Shown here: positions 53,632-64,000 of the stretch, one piece after another
Layout: each line of letters begins with the position of its first letter
Position numbering within the stretch: the stretch's first letter is position 1
Program-made: the position numbers and the translations under genes
The notes under the pieces: model-generated
What the model was told of the DNA's origin: nothing
The model's input: only the letters and a program-made list of their open reading frames with translations
Database searches by the model: none
Assembly: GCA_946965045.2 (NCBI GenBank)
Contig: OX337234.1
Span: 558,001-622,000 of the forward strand
Reading direction: 5' to 3'
Length of the DNA stretch: 64,000 nt
Origin: Epithemia pelagica
Taxonomy: Eukaryota; Protista; Bacillariophyta

Positions 53632-55424
53632 ATAGACGATAGACCCCCAAAGAACCGCTCTTTCGTTGCTGCGAGTGACGGTTCTTCAAATGATGTCTCC
53701 GTCAGTGACAGTGACATTGAGAGGTTTGTTGCAGAAAAACCCCACCTTGCCGGCTTGCCCAAGGAGACCATTAGGCAAATATTGATCGTCAAACAAAATG
53801 CGATACAAGATAGGATACAAACTGGGATACAAATTGGACGTGAGCTTTATCGACAAGAAACTATCAACACCCGCCCCCAACCCAACCACTTAGTGGCTCC
53901 TCCGAAGGTGTGCGAAACGACAGCATCCTCATTGGACATCTCAACGCCTGAAAACCTAAAAAAGAAGCGAAAATACGACTCTGAGATTCTTCCGCAACAA
54001 CTCTACGAAAACGCTTTTGTTCACGTCGAAACTTATTTCGATTTTGACTCTGGCTGTGCTCAAGCCATCGACAGCAACCAATTGCCTTCAACCCAAGCAA
54101 TTCAATGCTTTGCCGGAGGTGATTTCTTCGAATGTAGTTTGGCTCTTTGCCGTGCCTTTGGCAAAGAGATGATTCGTCACGTTTCGGACGTGGATGTGCA
54201 GCATCAGGTACCGATTTCCCCGAAGGAGGGAAAAGAGCAAGACGTGGACATTGCTTTCTTTTGGCAGCCCGAGAGTGCGTCTGCGCCACGAGTGTATGCA
54301 TTGCTGGAATACAGACCCATTTCGGACTTTTCGTCGTATGAATCTCAAGCAAGCGCTTATGGGACTGATTTAATGAGCATTACCAATCGTCCAACCATTG
54401 TCATGCAAGCTCATGGTACGAAGCTTGAGTCCATGAATTTTCGGGTCTTTGGTATTGTTCCTGCAAGGCTGACAACCGATACTGCAGACGAGTTGCAAGA
54501 AAACGCCGCGCGACATCGTAAGGGTTTACTCTACGAGGGCTACGGACACCATGCCTTTGCTGGTATTGTCAACGGACTTGCAGAGTGTGCTAAGACTTTC
54601 CGCCACTCGGCCTTGCAGTCTACGACCGACTTCAATATCCGGGGCAAGATCAGCTCCACTGCATCAGTTCGTGAAATCCGCAAAAATACCGGACTTTCAA
54701 AGCCCCACTTCTTCAAGTCGTATGATTATCGGCTTCGGGAACACACGCCAAAAACCGATCGCCGCCATGTCAATTTGGTCTATTGATTCACGAGTTCATT
54801 GACAGGGACGCAAAACACTTTTGTTTAGGGAAACACCTTGAGGTTGTGGTTATGGAGTTCTTCGAACGAGAGAAGGGAAAGAATGAATAGTACTCGGACT
54901 TTCCGGCGAAAAATCTTGCCTCCATTCTACGCGATTTGGCCAGACTTCACCGAGAAAAAGGATATGTGCATGGAGATGTTCGGCTCTTCAATATGCTTCT
55001 TCATGTTGGAAAGCTAGTGGACTTTGATCATGCTCGAAAGGAAGGACAGTCATACGCAAATACCCTGCGTCAACTCTGTGTGGACGGGAAACGAGCCCAG
55101 GCGGTGGACGCAGCGATTGAGAATGGGAACTTGGCCGCTTTGAAAATGGCACCGGAGCACGATTGGGAGTCCATGAAATGCGTTCTGGAAAAACTTAGTC
55201 CCACAGCGGATTCGCCAAGAGAATTTTGTGACTGGTGGAATGCCACAGTTCCCGCGCTTGACTCCAGCGATGTGCTCCAACTCGAAACAACGCTTTCGGA
55301 TCGTTTTTCCAGTGACGAGTGTCGCCTCGAATGCTGTGCTGAAATTCAGAATTACCTAAAAGGTAGGGCGGGCGAGACATGAGAAGCGAGGGACAGTCCA
55401 AAGAAAGCAGCAAAGGGATCATAG
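53632..55424 (+). pseudogene. REase-like + protein-kinase-like (Crinkler-type) gene, copy A, inactivated
   Basis: Motifs DVDIAFF...ALLEYR, FKSYDYR, HGDVRLFNML and KLVDFD. Relative to copy B: start ATG->ATA (53632), +2 frameshift at ~54778, TGG->TAG (54888) and CGA->TGA (55380). Confidence 0.8.
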
Positions 55425-55931
55425 GTTCATAAGCCAAGGCAGCCTCTAGAGCCTACTGGAGAACATATTAGGAGTAGGAGTAGGAGTTGTGAGTACCTTG
55501 GTTGTATTTCCTACCTACTCCTAGAGATAACCTAGAAGAGATCGACCTCCACAGAATTGAAACATGGTGTACAATAATATGAAGATGCGATCAATACCAG
55601 AACGTCCGCTGGCGTGTGGTCTTGATCGCGAAGGGGCTCGCTCCCTAAAGAAGCAATGTTTTGGTCTTGATCGATGCCCTCCGCACGCATGCATCGCCAG
55701 TAAAAATGGTGCGCGGAACAAATGGGACCATGACGAGAGATCTTTGGTGTTGAAATCGCCGGAACAGACTCCAAACGAACAACAGTGTACACGACACTCT
55801 CGACGACAACTCCCTCCAAGAAGAACCACAAGAGCAGTGTGTTCTACCACGTTTCGGGAGCCCAGAGACGAATCATTGTAAGACGTCGGTGAATTGCAGA
55901 TTCAATGTTTCTTCCAAAAACTATCTATACA

Positions 55932-58782
55932 ATGAGTCGTCTTTTCTGGATGCGGTGGACGGCTCTCGGGTCGTTGCTGCTACTGGGAAGAGCCATTCAT
56001 GGACGACGACAAGACAAGGAACAACAACAAGAACAAGAAACATCCGATTCTGTAACCGGTGTTGATCGAATCGACCAACACATTGTCCATATGGATGGAA
56101 GTATTGATGAGAAGCAGGAAGCCTTGTATTCCAAGGAACAACAGCCCCTGTTTCTGGAAGACGACCAAACCAACAAAGGAGCCATGTCGTCGTCGTCGTC
56201 TTTGGGTGTAGCCGATCCTCCCTGTGAGTTTTATCTGTCCACCAATCATTCCTGGTTGATTGCCGGACAGGACATGCCCTTGGCCAATGAAGTGGTATTT
56301 TGGGACTCGTGGTCTCATCATCATCATGACCTGGTGATTCCCTTTGAGCCACACACCAATCGTGCATGGCCTCGATGGGGACGCCATCATTACTTGTGGT
56401 AAGTTCCACACAAACCCCATTCGTTTTGGTTTCGACCAGCCGTGACCGAAGGACCCGTCTTGCCCTGTCATGCCACCCAGTACAATCTCGTACGTGCCGA
56501 AATCACAACCACGAACCATTCGAGTAATTACAGTACGGTCCACAACCACACAACACTGCCAGCCGCTCGAAAAATCCAATGGCGGACCCGTCGTCCCATT
56601 GCCGCAGGAGAGCGCTTGTTCCAACAATGTGATCCTCGCATTGAAGGAGAGGATGCCAGTCCTCTACTCTTTCACAACAACAACAACAACAACGTCCCTA
56701 CAATAACCACAAAGCACAACAACAACAACTCGTCTCATCGGGTGGAGAAGAAGGAAGCTGTGTGTCTGGACACGGTGACCTTGGAGAATCCCCACCCACA
56801 CACTACTACTACAAATAACAATACTACCGTATTTTTCGGTTTCCTGTACCCCCGGAATGTTAACTTTTTTGTTAGGGGGGTACAGGACTCCGACAATTTT
56901 AATTAATTTTTTTTAAGATTCCATACGGATAGTACAATTGACTTGATAGTAAATTTCATTATCAACATCGGAGTTGTAGAGAAGGGTTGGTCGCACTATT
57001 CCAGCTAGGGGAAAGACCGTGGTGCCGTAATACCCATCAGGTTGTATCTCTTGTTTCTCCTCTTTGATTTACTCCCATTTAATGTCAGTCAGTGCGATAG
57101 AAAGCTTGGAGCGTGAGGATTGTGGGGGTAACCCTAAAACCAGGAAAGAGCCTACAGAAGAAAAGTTACGATACCATGCACTGATTGTGGGGGAGGGGGG
57201 TACACGACTAGGGGGGGTACACGAAACCGAAAAATACGGTAGTGAGGAGCACAACCAGTCGACAGGTGTCTGGGCCAAGCGGGGGTTGCGACAAGGCAGT
57301 GTGGTGGCCGTCGGAGATGTCCTGCACCTGCATCGGGCCGAAGTATGGAATCCGCGCACACAAACCAATCAACCCATCATGGCGTATTGTTATGGCCATG
57401 CCCAAACCAATGTCTTGCTCTTGCCCTATGCTCCCATGTTCCATGTCATTCCCTCCTGTGCCAGCTGGACGACGACAGGGACAGCAACCACCACCAACAA
57501 CAACAAGACTGCATCATCCTCGTTTCGGTTGCGGCACGCCAATGTACGATTGGAATGGAATCTCAATCGTTCGGTCGAGGAATTGTTTGACCGTCCCTCG
57601 GATCAATTGTTTGCCGCACGGGAAGTGTCGGGTTTGTCGTGGAAATTGGTAGCGACGCGAGACATTGCACGGGGAGACCCTCTTTGTTTGGACTATGAGC
57701 ATGCTCCTACGAATCATGGTGGTCCAACGGAACGATGGGTCCCCTACGACTTGTTTCCCCCCACGTGGTTGAATCAAGAACAACGAACGCCGGTGGATCC
57801 CGTCACGCACCAGTTTCCATTCCCCACGGTCCATCTTCCACCACTGACACCTGGTCAAGTGCATCCCGTCGAATGGTCCGATAATACGAACCAAGCCGTG
57901 TCGTCACACATGTTTCGAGTCGGATTGCCACCCTCGTTACGGACGGCCATTTACAACTGGACCCAAGAGGTTGGTATTTTGGAACGCACGCAACAGTACG
58001 TGGCCGACAAGGTCTTGGGAAACGAGCCGCTCCGGGACGAACACGAGTTTCAATTATTGTCGGATGGATCGTGGTGGCGGGCTCGACCCTTTTATGGACA
58101 TGCCCGTGCCAATTTGTACATTGTCATGCTGGAAGATGACGCCGCGACGCAACGAGCCTTACAGCAATGGAGTCGTCATGGATTGGATACGGTGTTGCAA
58201 GGCATGGGCCGGTATTTTGGATTCCACGAATTGACCTGTTATGAACCTGCCTTGATTGTCGTGAATCATTGCATTGAAAGCAATTTGCATACCGATTCCA
58301 ACAATCCCGCCTTGTTCAATTTGTTACTCCCCCTCCAACAAGTGGAGAACGATCCGCATGCCGAACTCTTGGTGGGTGAGGATTTGCCCCCCGATGGAAG
58401 CATGACCACGGCCAATTACACCTTGCCCGTGGCACCCTACACGTACGAACCCACTGTGGCCCTGTTGGTGGGCGGCCAGGGCGTTCATGCCACGGCACCC
58501 GCGGACTATCGCGATGGAACCGTTCGGTCCCCCACGTCGCAGCGCATCGTCTTTTCCCTCTTTGTCCGAGACTTTACTCAAGCCGCCGCCAATGAGGAGG
58601 AGGACGACGACGAAGAAGACGAACAAAATTATTTGGTGGAAGAAGAAGAACATGATCCAGACGACGAGGACCCAGAGGACGACGATACGTTCGAGGATCG
58701 TCGATATGTCCATTGGAAGCGCAACGACCCATTGGTATCCGTCCAACATCCCCTCGTGGTGGTGGTAGACGACGAGGCATAG
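55932..58782 (+). pseudogene. Signal-peptide SET-like + SET-like + 2OG-Fe(II) oxygenase-like protein; in-frame TAA at 56400 and MITE insertion
   Basis: Signal-like MSRLFWMRWTALGSLLLLGRAIHG; SET-like GPVLPCHATQYNL..TRRPIAAGERLF; second SET-like YCYGH..LLLPY..ANVRLEW..VATRDIARGDPLCLDY; oxygenase-like HTD (58288), GVHAT (58486) and QRIVFS. Removing 56827-57241 fuses the frames perfectly. Confidence 0.7.
56827..57239. mobile_element. 413-bp MITE, Tc1/mariner superfamily (Tc2/pogo-like CCGTA ends)
   Basis: 27-bp TIRs CCGTATTTTTCGGTTTC(C/G)TGTACCCCC (26/27 match; 56827-56853 and 57213-57239), TA on both sides (56825-26 and 57240-41), AT-rich interior. Confidence 0.92.
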
Positions 58783-59278
58783 TCAATACCAAATCGTGTG
58801 ACTGTGATGGGATGGTGTAGTGGAAGACTTTTGTCCCCATGAGGCTCTCCATCGAATAGTACTATTGGACACTCGGATTGCCACGACGCGTTTGTGCGTG
58901 GTTGTGGAACCAAAAGGAGGACGATTCTTCATCTTCCAGTGTTATTATGGAACAATGGTTGACAAAGCGGGCGTCTGGCATGTACGCACACACACACACA
59001 TACATACACATGCGTGTGTGCGTGAGTGTTCCACAACCGACAGTACTGGAACGCGTTCGTGTCAACGAGTCCATGACAGAAGCAATCCGGGGTCCGTCGT
59101 TTTGGTTTCCAGGAATCAGGCCTTTTCCTCCAAAGAATCATAGAAAGTTGCTTCAGGACTCAGGACTGCACAATTTAGGATCCTCTTTTTTCCGGAATGG
59201 CTCTAGTTGTTTGTTTGTTTGCTAGACGGTTGTTTTGTTTGGGGCACTGGTCGTCATGAAAGGCTTATTGTTTTTTCT

Positions 59279-60400
59279 CTACGGATTCGTCTTGCTCTTT
59301 TTCGAGCAACGGATTGTTGATGTGTGAGTGTGTGTCGTGTCGGGGGGTCGTTTTCGTGGGCCTCCTTGTTCTTGTTCGTCTTCTTGGGATACGACACTGG
59401 ACAAGAATGGTCCTGGTGGTGGTGGTGGTTGTCGTCGTTGTTGTGCCAAATGGAGATGGACCAAAGCAGTCACAAACTGTTCCTCGTCGTGGTATCGTCC
59501 TTGTCGTTGTGCTGGTCGTCCATTATTTGTACTACTAGGCTGGTCTCTCTGGTTATTGTGATGAATGGGAGTTTGGAGCAACAAGAGACCAATCATGGCC
59601 GACGACACATTTTCCATTCCAGTTTTTTCAAATGGTGGTGTGGTGAAACGAGGAGGAGGAGTAGCCTTGGAAGGAATGGGTGGTTGTGGTTGGGACGTTA
59701 GTTTTATTTTTTGCAACTGCTGTTGGACATGGGTCCGTACGGCGTCTTGGCTCATAATGGGTGCTTGCACATATTTGACCAAGAGTTTGTCCCAGCTGGC
59801 CGATTTGCTCCCCTGTGCTTGAACCATCCACTGATGCAAGGTGTCGGAGCTAAGTTTGTCTTTTTGCAACAATCGATGCAAGGTTTCCCGAACCGTATTG
59901 TGAGGTTGTTTCATCATGAGTGTTGTGGAGGTTGGGGGTGTAGTCGTGGTGGTAGGATCATCGGAGGATAACGACAAGGAGGCCGCGAGACTTTGATCGA
60001 CTTGAGCGGCTTGGGCGGGTGTCAAAAAGGTGGTACGGGTAGCGGCCATGCCAAAGAGACTGCGAGGATAATGATGGGGCGCAATGTACAGATAGCGCTT
60101 GTCCGTGACGAGCGACGAGGAGGAGGAGGATCCATGGGATCTTTTGGTGACGCCCTCCAATTGAAATTGATGAATGGCCGCTTCGCGATGCAAGGTCAAT
60201 TTCAGACTGGATTCGTTGCGTTCCAAACCAATAAAGCGGCCCGCCCAGGGATCCTGCGTGTTGTTGTTCTTTTTGGTGTTCTTGTGGTTGTGGTCGGTAG
60301 TGGTGGTGTGCGCCGAAGCACATTGCAAAATTTGTTGGCGCAGTTCACGACATTCCTTCCAATTGCAAATGCAAACGGCTCCAAAATTATTGGCCGCCAT
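59279..60400 (-). CDS. Hypothetical protein (N-terminal C.CNW..C / YIAPHHYP / YVQAP block, low-complexity tail)
   Basis: 373-aa ATG ORF with protein-like composition. No function recognised. Confidence 0.6.
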   Translation of the reverse strand: MAANNFGAVCICNWKECRELRQQILQCASAHTTTTDHNHKNTKKNNNTQDPWAGRFIGLERNESSLKLTLHREAAIHQFQLEGVTKRSHGSSSSSSLVTDKRYLYIAPHHYPRSLFGMAATRTTFLTPAQAAQVDQSLAASLSLSSDDPTTTTTPPTSTTLMMKQPHNTVRETLHRLLQKDKLSSDTLHQWMVQAQGSKSASWDKLLVKYVQAPIMSQDAVRTHVQQQLQKIKLTSQPQPPIPSKATPPPRFTTPPFEKTGMENVSSAMIGLLLLQTPIHHNNQRDQPSSTNNGRPAQRQGRYHDEEQFVTALVHLHLAQQRRQPPPPPGPFLSSVVSQEDEQEQGGPRKRPPDTTHTHTSTIRCSKKSKTNP

Positions 60401-60757
60401 TGTGTGGGAGAGAACAGTGTTCTACCTGATTATTACTCTGGGAAAGTTGGACGGTGACTCGGACGAGCAGTCTTTTGGCTCTTATTGTTTCTGTTGTTGT
60501 TGTTGCGATGAGAACGGTGGCGCTGTGGACTGCGATTTCTGAGCGTCTGTGGATTGGAGCTTGTTTCAAAGACCTAAAGGTATTGTTTCTTTAAACGCTG
60601 GGAACTATTCTGTGAGAAAGTTCCCTGTGTGTGCCGCTCTCGTTTGTGTCGATCCTTAGCTTTTTAGTGTAGGCTCTACTCCTTGGTGATGCATGGAAGT
60701 AGACTAGAGGTGTTGCAAACGGGGTTTGCGGTTCCTTCACTGCCTTGGCTTATGAAC

Positions 60758-63065
60758 CTATGATCCCTTTGCTGGTTTCTTTGGACTGTCCCTCGCTTCT
60801 CGTGCCTCGCCCGCTCCACCTTTTAGGTAGTTATTAATTTCAGCACAGCATTCGAGGCGACACTCGTCAGTGGAAAAACGATCCGAAAGCTTTTTTTCGA
60901 GTTGGAGCACATCACTAGAGTCAAGCGGGGGAACTGTGGCATTCCACCAGTCACAAAATTCTCTTGGCGAATCCGCTGTGGGAGTCAGTTTTTCCAGAAC
61001 GGATTTCATTGACTCCCAATCGTGCTCTGGCGCCATTTTCAAAGCTGCCAAGTTCCCTTTCTCGATCGCTTCGTCCACCGCCTGGGCTCGTTTCCCGTCC
61101 ACACAGAGTTGACGCAGGGTATTTGCGTATGGCTGTCCTTCCTTTCAAGCATGATCAAAGTCCACAAGCTTTCCCACATGAAGAAGCATATTGAAGAGCC
61201 GAACATCTCCATGCACATATCCTTTTTCTCGGTGAAGTTTTTCCAAATCGCGTAGAATGGAGGCAAGATTTCTCGCCGGAAAGTCCGAGTGCCATTCATT
61301 CTTTCCCTTCTCTTGTTCGAAGAACTGCATAACCACAACCTCAAGGTGTTTCCCTAAACAAAAGTGTTTTGCGTCCCTGTCAATGAACTCGTGAATCAAT
61401 TCCAAATTGACATGGCGACGATCGTTTTTTGGCGTGTTTTCTCGAAGCCGATAATCATACGACTTGAAGAAGACGGGCTGTGGCAATCCGGTACTTTTGC
61501 GGATTTCACGAACCGATGCAGTGGAGCTGATCTTGCCCCGGATATTGAAGTCTATTGTAGACTGTATATTGAAGTCTGTAGGAGACTGCTTAGCCAAGTG
61601 GCGAAAAGTCTTTGCACACTCTGCAAGTCCGTTGACAATACCAGCAAAGGCACGGTGTCCGTAGCCCTCGTAGAGTAAAGCCTTACGATGTCGCGCGGTG
61701 TTTTCTTGCAACTCGTTTGCAGTATCGGTTGTCAGCCTTGCAGGAGCAATACCAAAGACCCGAAAATTCATGGACTCAAGCTTCGTACCATGAGCTTGCA
61801 TGACGATGGTTGGACGATTATCAATGGTCATTAAATCAGTCCCATAAACGCTTGCTTGAGATTCATAGGACGAAAATTCCGAATAGGGTTTGTATTCCAG
61901 CAATGCATACACTCGTGGAGCAGACGCACTCTTGGGCTGCCAAAAGAAAGCAATGTCCACGTCTTGCTCTTTTCCCTCGTTCGGGGAAATCGGTACCTGA
62001 TGCTGCACATCCACGTCCGAAACGTGACGAATTATCTCTTTGCCAAAGGCACGGCAAAGAGCCAAACTACATTCGAAGAAATCATCTCCGGCAAAGCATT
62101 GAATTGCTTGAGTTGAAGGCACTTGGTTGCTGTTGATGGCTTGAGCACAGCCAGAGACAAAATCAAAATAAGTTTCGACGTGAACAAAAGCGTTTTCGTA
62201 GAGTTGTTGCGGAAGAATCTCGGAGTCGTATTTTCGCTTCCTTTCTAGGATTTCAGGCGTCGAGATGTCCAATGAGGATGCCGTCGTTTCGCATACATTC
62301 GGAGGAGCCACTACGTAGTTGGGTTCGGGGCGGGTGTTGATATTTTTTTGTCGTTCAAGCTCACGTCCAACTCGTATCCCAGTTTGCATCGCATTTTGTG
62401 TGCGGATAAACATTTTCCTAATGATCTCCTTCGGCAAGCCGACAAGGTAGGGTTCTTCTGCAACAAACAAAACGAGCTTTTGATGTCGCTCAGGAGGAAC
62501 CTTTTCAGACCAACTGTCATATCCAGTCCTGCCGGCGCACCAGTTTCTCGGCTGGCGACCTTAAACAAATAGAAACTACGACATACACAACCCCGGTTCA
62601 CACTTAACGAAAAACTATCTTTTTCCTTAATCCATGTCCTGTTTCTATCCGGCACTCACAAACTTTTGGTCGCAGAACGGGGGGGGGTCGTTTTCTATTA
62701 CAAATACGAAAGCAATAGAAGACTAGAAACTCTCAGGAAACGACGCATTCGTATGTTTCATGAAGATATGTTGGGAACTTGGTCCTGAGTCCTGAGAGAT
62801 TTGGTCTTTTATTCCTGGAGATATGAGCGTTCAAAGTTAGACAGTCGGTTTTCAGGTCTTATATTTAACATGTAGGTTGTGTACAGTTTGGATCATAGTT
62901 GATGAAATAGTTTCGGGACGGCTGAGGATAGCGCGCGGGCCCGTTCGGTAACAAAAGCTCGTATTGCAACCTCTTTGTGTCACTGTCAGTGAAGGAGACA
63001 TCAGCATTTGAAGATCCGTCACTCGCAGCAGCGACAGAACGGTTCTTTGGGGGTCTATCGTCCAT
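60758..63065 (-). pseudogene. REase-like + protein-kinase-like gene, copy B, inactivated (inverted paralogue of copy A)
   Basis: ATG at 63065 (MDDRPPKNRS). A 499-bp insertion at 62468-62966, and TGA at 61145-61147 where copy A has CGA. LLEYK and HGDVRLFN motifs are intact. Homology with 53610-55442. Confidence 0.82.
62468..62966. mobile_element. 499-bp MITE-like insertion, superfamily unassigned
   Basis: Absent from paralogue A. 15-bp TIRs CAAAACGAGCTTTTG / CAAAAGCTCGTATTG (14/15 match). TSD imperfect (TTTG/GTTG on the minus strand). Confidence 0.75.
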
Positions 63066-63305
63066 GGTTCTTGTTCTTTGCGCTTCGGCCCGTCAAAATA
63101 CAAAAGAACAGCAACTTCCGGTAATGGACTCAAAACGTACGAAATCTTCCTACTTCTCAGAGTATCGTCACGATAAAACAACCGTTTTCATATTGCGTTA
63201 TCACACACCAATAGCTCTGATATGATCATATTAGATACAGATTCTTTCGATATGAGGCAAGCATCCCGAGTCACGGATGTCGGGGGACATTGTAGATGTC
63301 TTTTG

Positions 63306-63749
63306 TAGAGGTGGCTCCAGCGCTCAGCGCTGGAGAAACTCCAGCAGAGATTTTCTGTTGCGAGAAAAGAGCACTACATTGGTCTTGGTCGCCGTTCTCT
63401 GTGACTGTTGCCCAACATTTGGCGCCTAGCAAGAAAATATCTTGCGTTGCCTGCGACTGCTGCCTCTTCTGAACGGGCATTCAGTATTGCAGGACTGATC
63501 ATATCTGCGAAACAAGCATCACTGGACCCTTCCACCGTTACAGATTTACATTTTTTACGTGAGAATTGGGAACATGTGTTCTCACCATAAGATAGATTCA
63601 CTCTAGGAGTAGCTTCTAGCTAGGCATTTTCATCCTGGTAGCATAGGTAGTCTTTTCTCCAGCTGGAGGCGCTCACCTAGCTCCAGCAGAGACGTCTCCA
63701 GCGCTTACCTAGCTCCAGCAGAGATGAGCTGTTGCTGGAGCCACCTCTA
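63306..63749 (+). mobile_element. 444-bp non-autonomous hAT element retaining the transposase C-terminal dimerisation domain
   Basis: 16-bp perfect TIRs TAGAGGTGGCTCCAGC; perfect 8-bp TSD GTCTTTTG (63298-63305 and 63750-63757); subterminal CTCCAGC repeats. 63408-63590 encodes LARKYLALPATAASSERAFSIAG..L....V..L.FL.EN. Confidence 0.94.
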
Positions 63750-63750
63750 G

Positions 63751-63800
63751 TCTTTTGATGTCGTTTGATGTCTTTTGATGTCGTTTGATGTCGTTTGATG
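63751..63800. repeat. Five tandem copies of the 10-mer TC(T/G)TTTGATG
   Basis: Direct reading; abuts the hAT right TIR and contains the TSD sequence. Confidence 0.85.
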
Positions 63801-64000
63801 TTTTTATCGCCAAAGAAGCTCTACTCTCCAGCAGTTGGTATTCTTCAACAGAAAACACACGACTTGTTGACGATAGGCCCATTGCTGAATCAACTGAATG
63901 AGCACCGCTGGATTTTGACTCAAACCATGTTTCCGCACGAGCCCGAAACCAGATCTCAAAACCAGCGGCATGTGGTGCGCCTGCGGCGCCGTTATCCACA

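Noticed and set aside
56399-56451. GTAAGT at 56399 as an intron removing the TAA in the SET gene
   Set aside because: The nearby acceptors (56439, 56451) give out-of-frame products, and the first in-frame one would delete the SET motif. Treated as a nonsense change, but RNA data are needed.
21913-60400. Poly-Q/T/N/E and (CA)n, (CAA)n, (AATC)n tracts
   Set aside because: Ordinary low-complexity coding tracts and microsatellites for this kind of genome.
62458-62970. The 499-bp insertion in kinase B as a GT-AG intron
   Set aside because: The obvious GTTGCA...TTGCAG splice leaves the downstream exon out of frame relative to copy A.
63709-63999. Minus-strand ORF at the window edge
   Set aside because: It runs through the 10-bp array into the hAT TIR and has no recognisable domain. 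It may be the tail of a gene outside the window.

Overview
This is eukaryotic nuclear DNA, most likely from a pennate diatom. That is an inference from CoDi-type Copia motifs, ~100-bp GT-AG introns, a silaffin-like ORF and diatom-style low-complexity proteins. A 200-N scaffold gap lies at 27726-27925. It is a TE-rich, duplication-prone accessory region. (1) 0.2-21.4 kb: a cluster of ~1000-aa organelle-targeted-looking PPR genes, comprising one intact copy, one nonsense-truncated copy, one partial copy and several 3'-end remnants. Two copies form an inverted duplication around a TPR-family gene and an apparently intact 7.9-kb tyrosine-recombinase retrotransposon with split direct repeats (Ngaro/PAT-type). 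Differences between the PPR paralogues concentrate on the RNA-recognition residues, as in plant Rf-like clusters. (2) 21.9-32.7 kb: a long disordered protein with SILK and RVxF motifs, a small silaffin-like secreted precursor, and a 5-exon SDP1/TGL-type patatin lipase carrying a nonsense codon. (3) 32.9-40.3 kb: a full-length CoDi-like Copia element with identical 240-bp LTRs. (4) 41-52.6 kb: a low-complexity membrane protein under a triplicated 121-bp promoter unit, and a class-C GPCR fused to a 5'-nucleotidase C-terminal domain. (5) 53.6-63.8 kb: an inverted pair of decayed REase-like+kinase (Crinkler-like) genes flanking a signal-peptide SET-SET-2OG/Fe(II)-oxygenase gene interrupted by a MITE, plus a second MITE and a small hAT derivative. 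Many inactivating stops are CGA->TGA. All domain calls are from motif recognition by eye; no database search was run.
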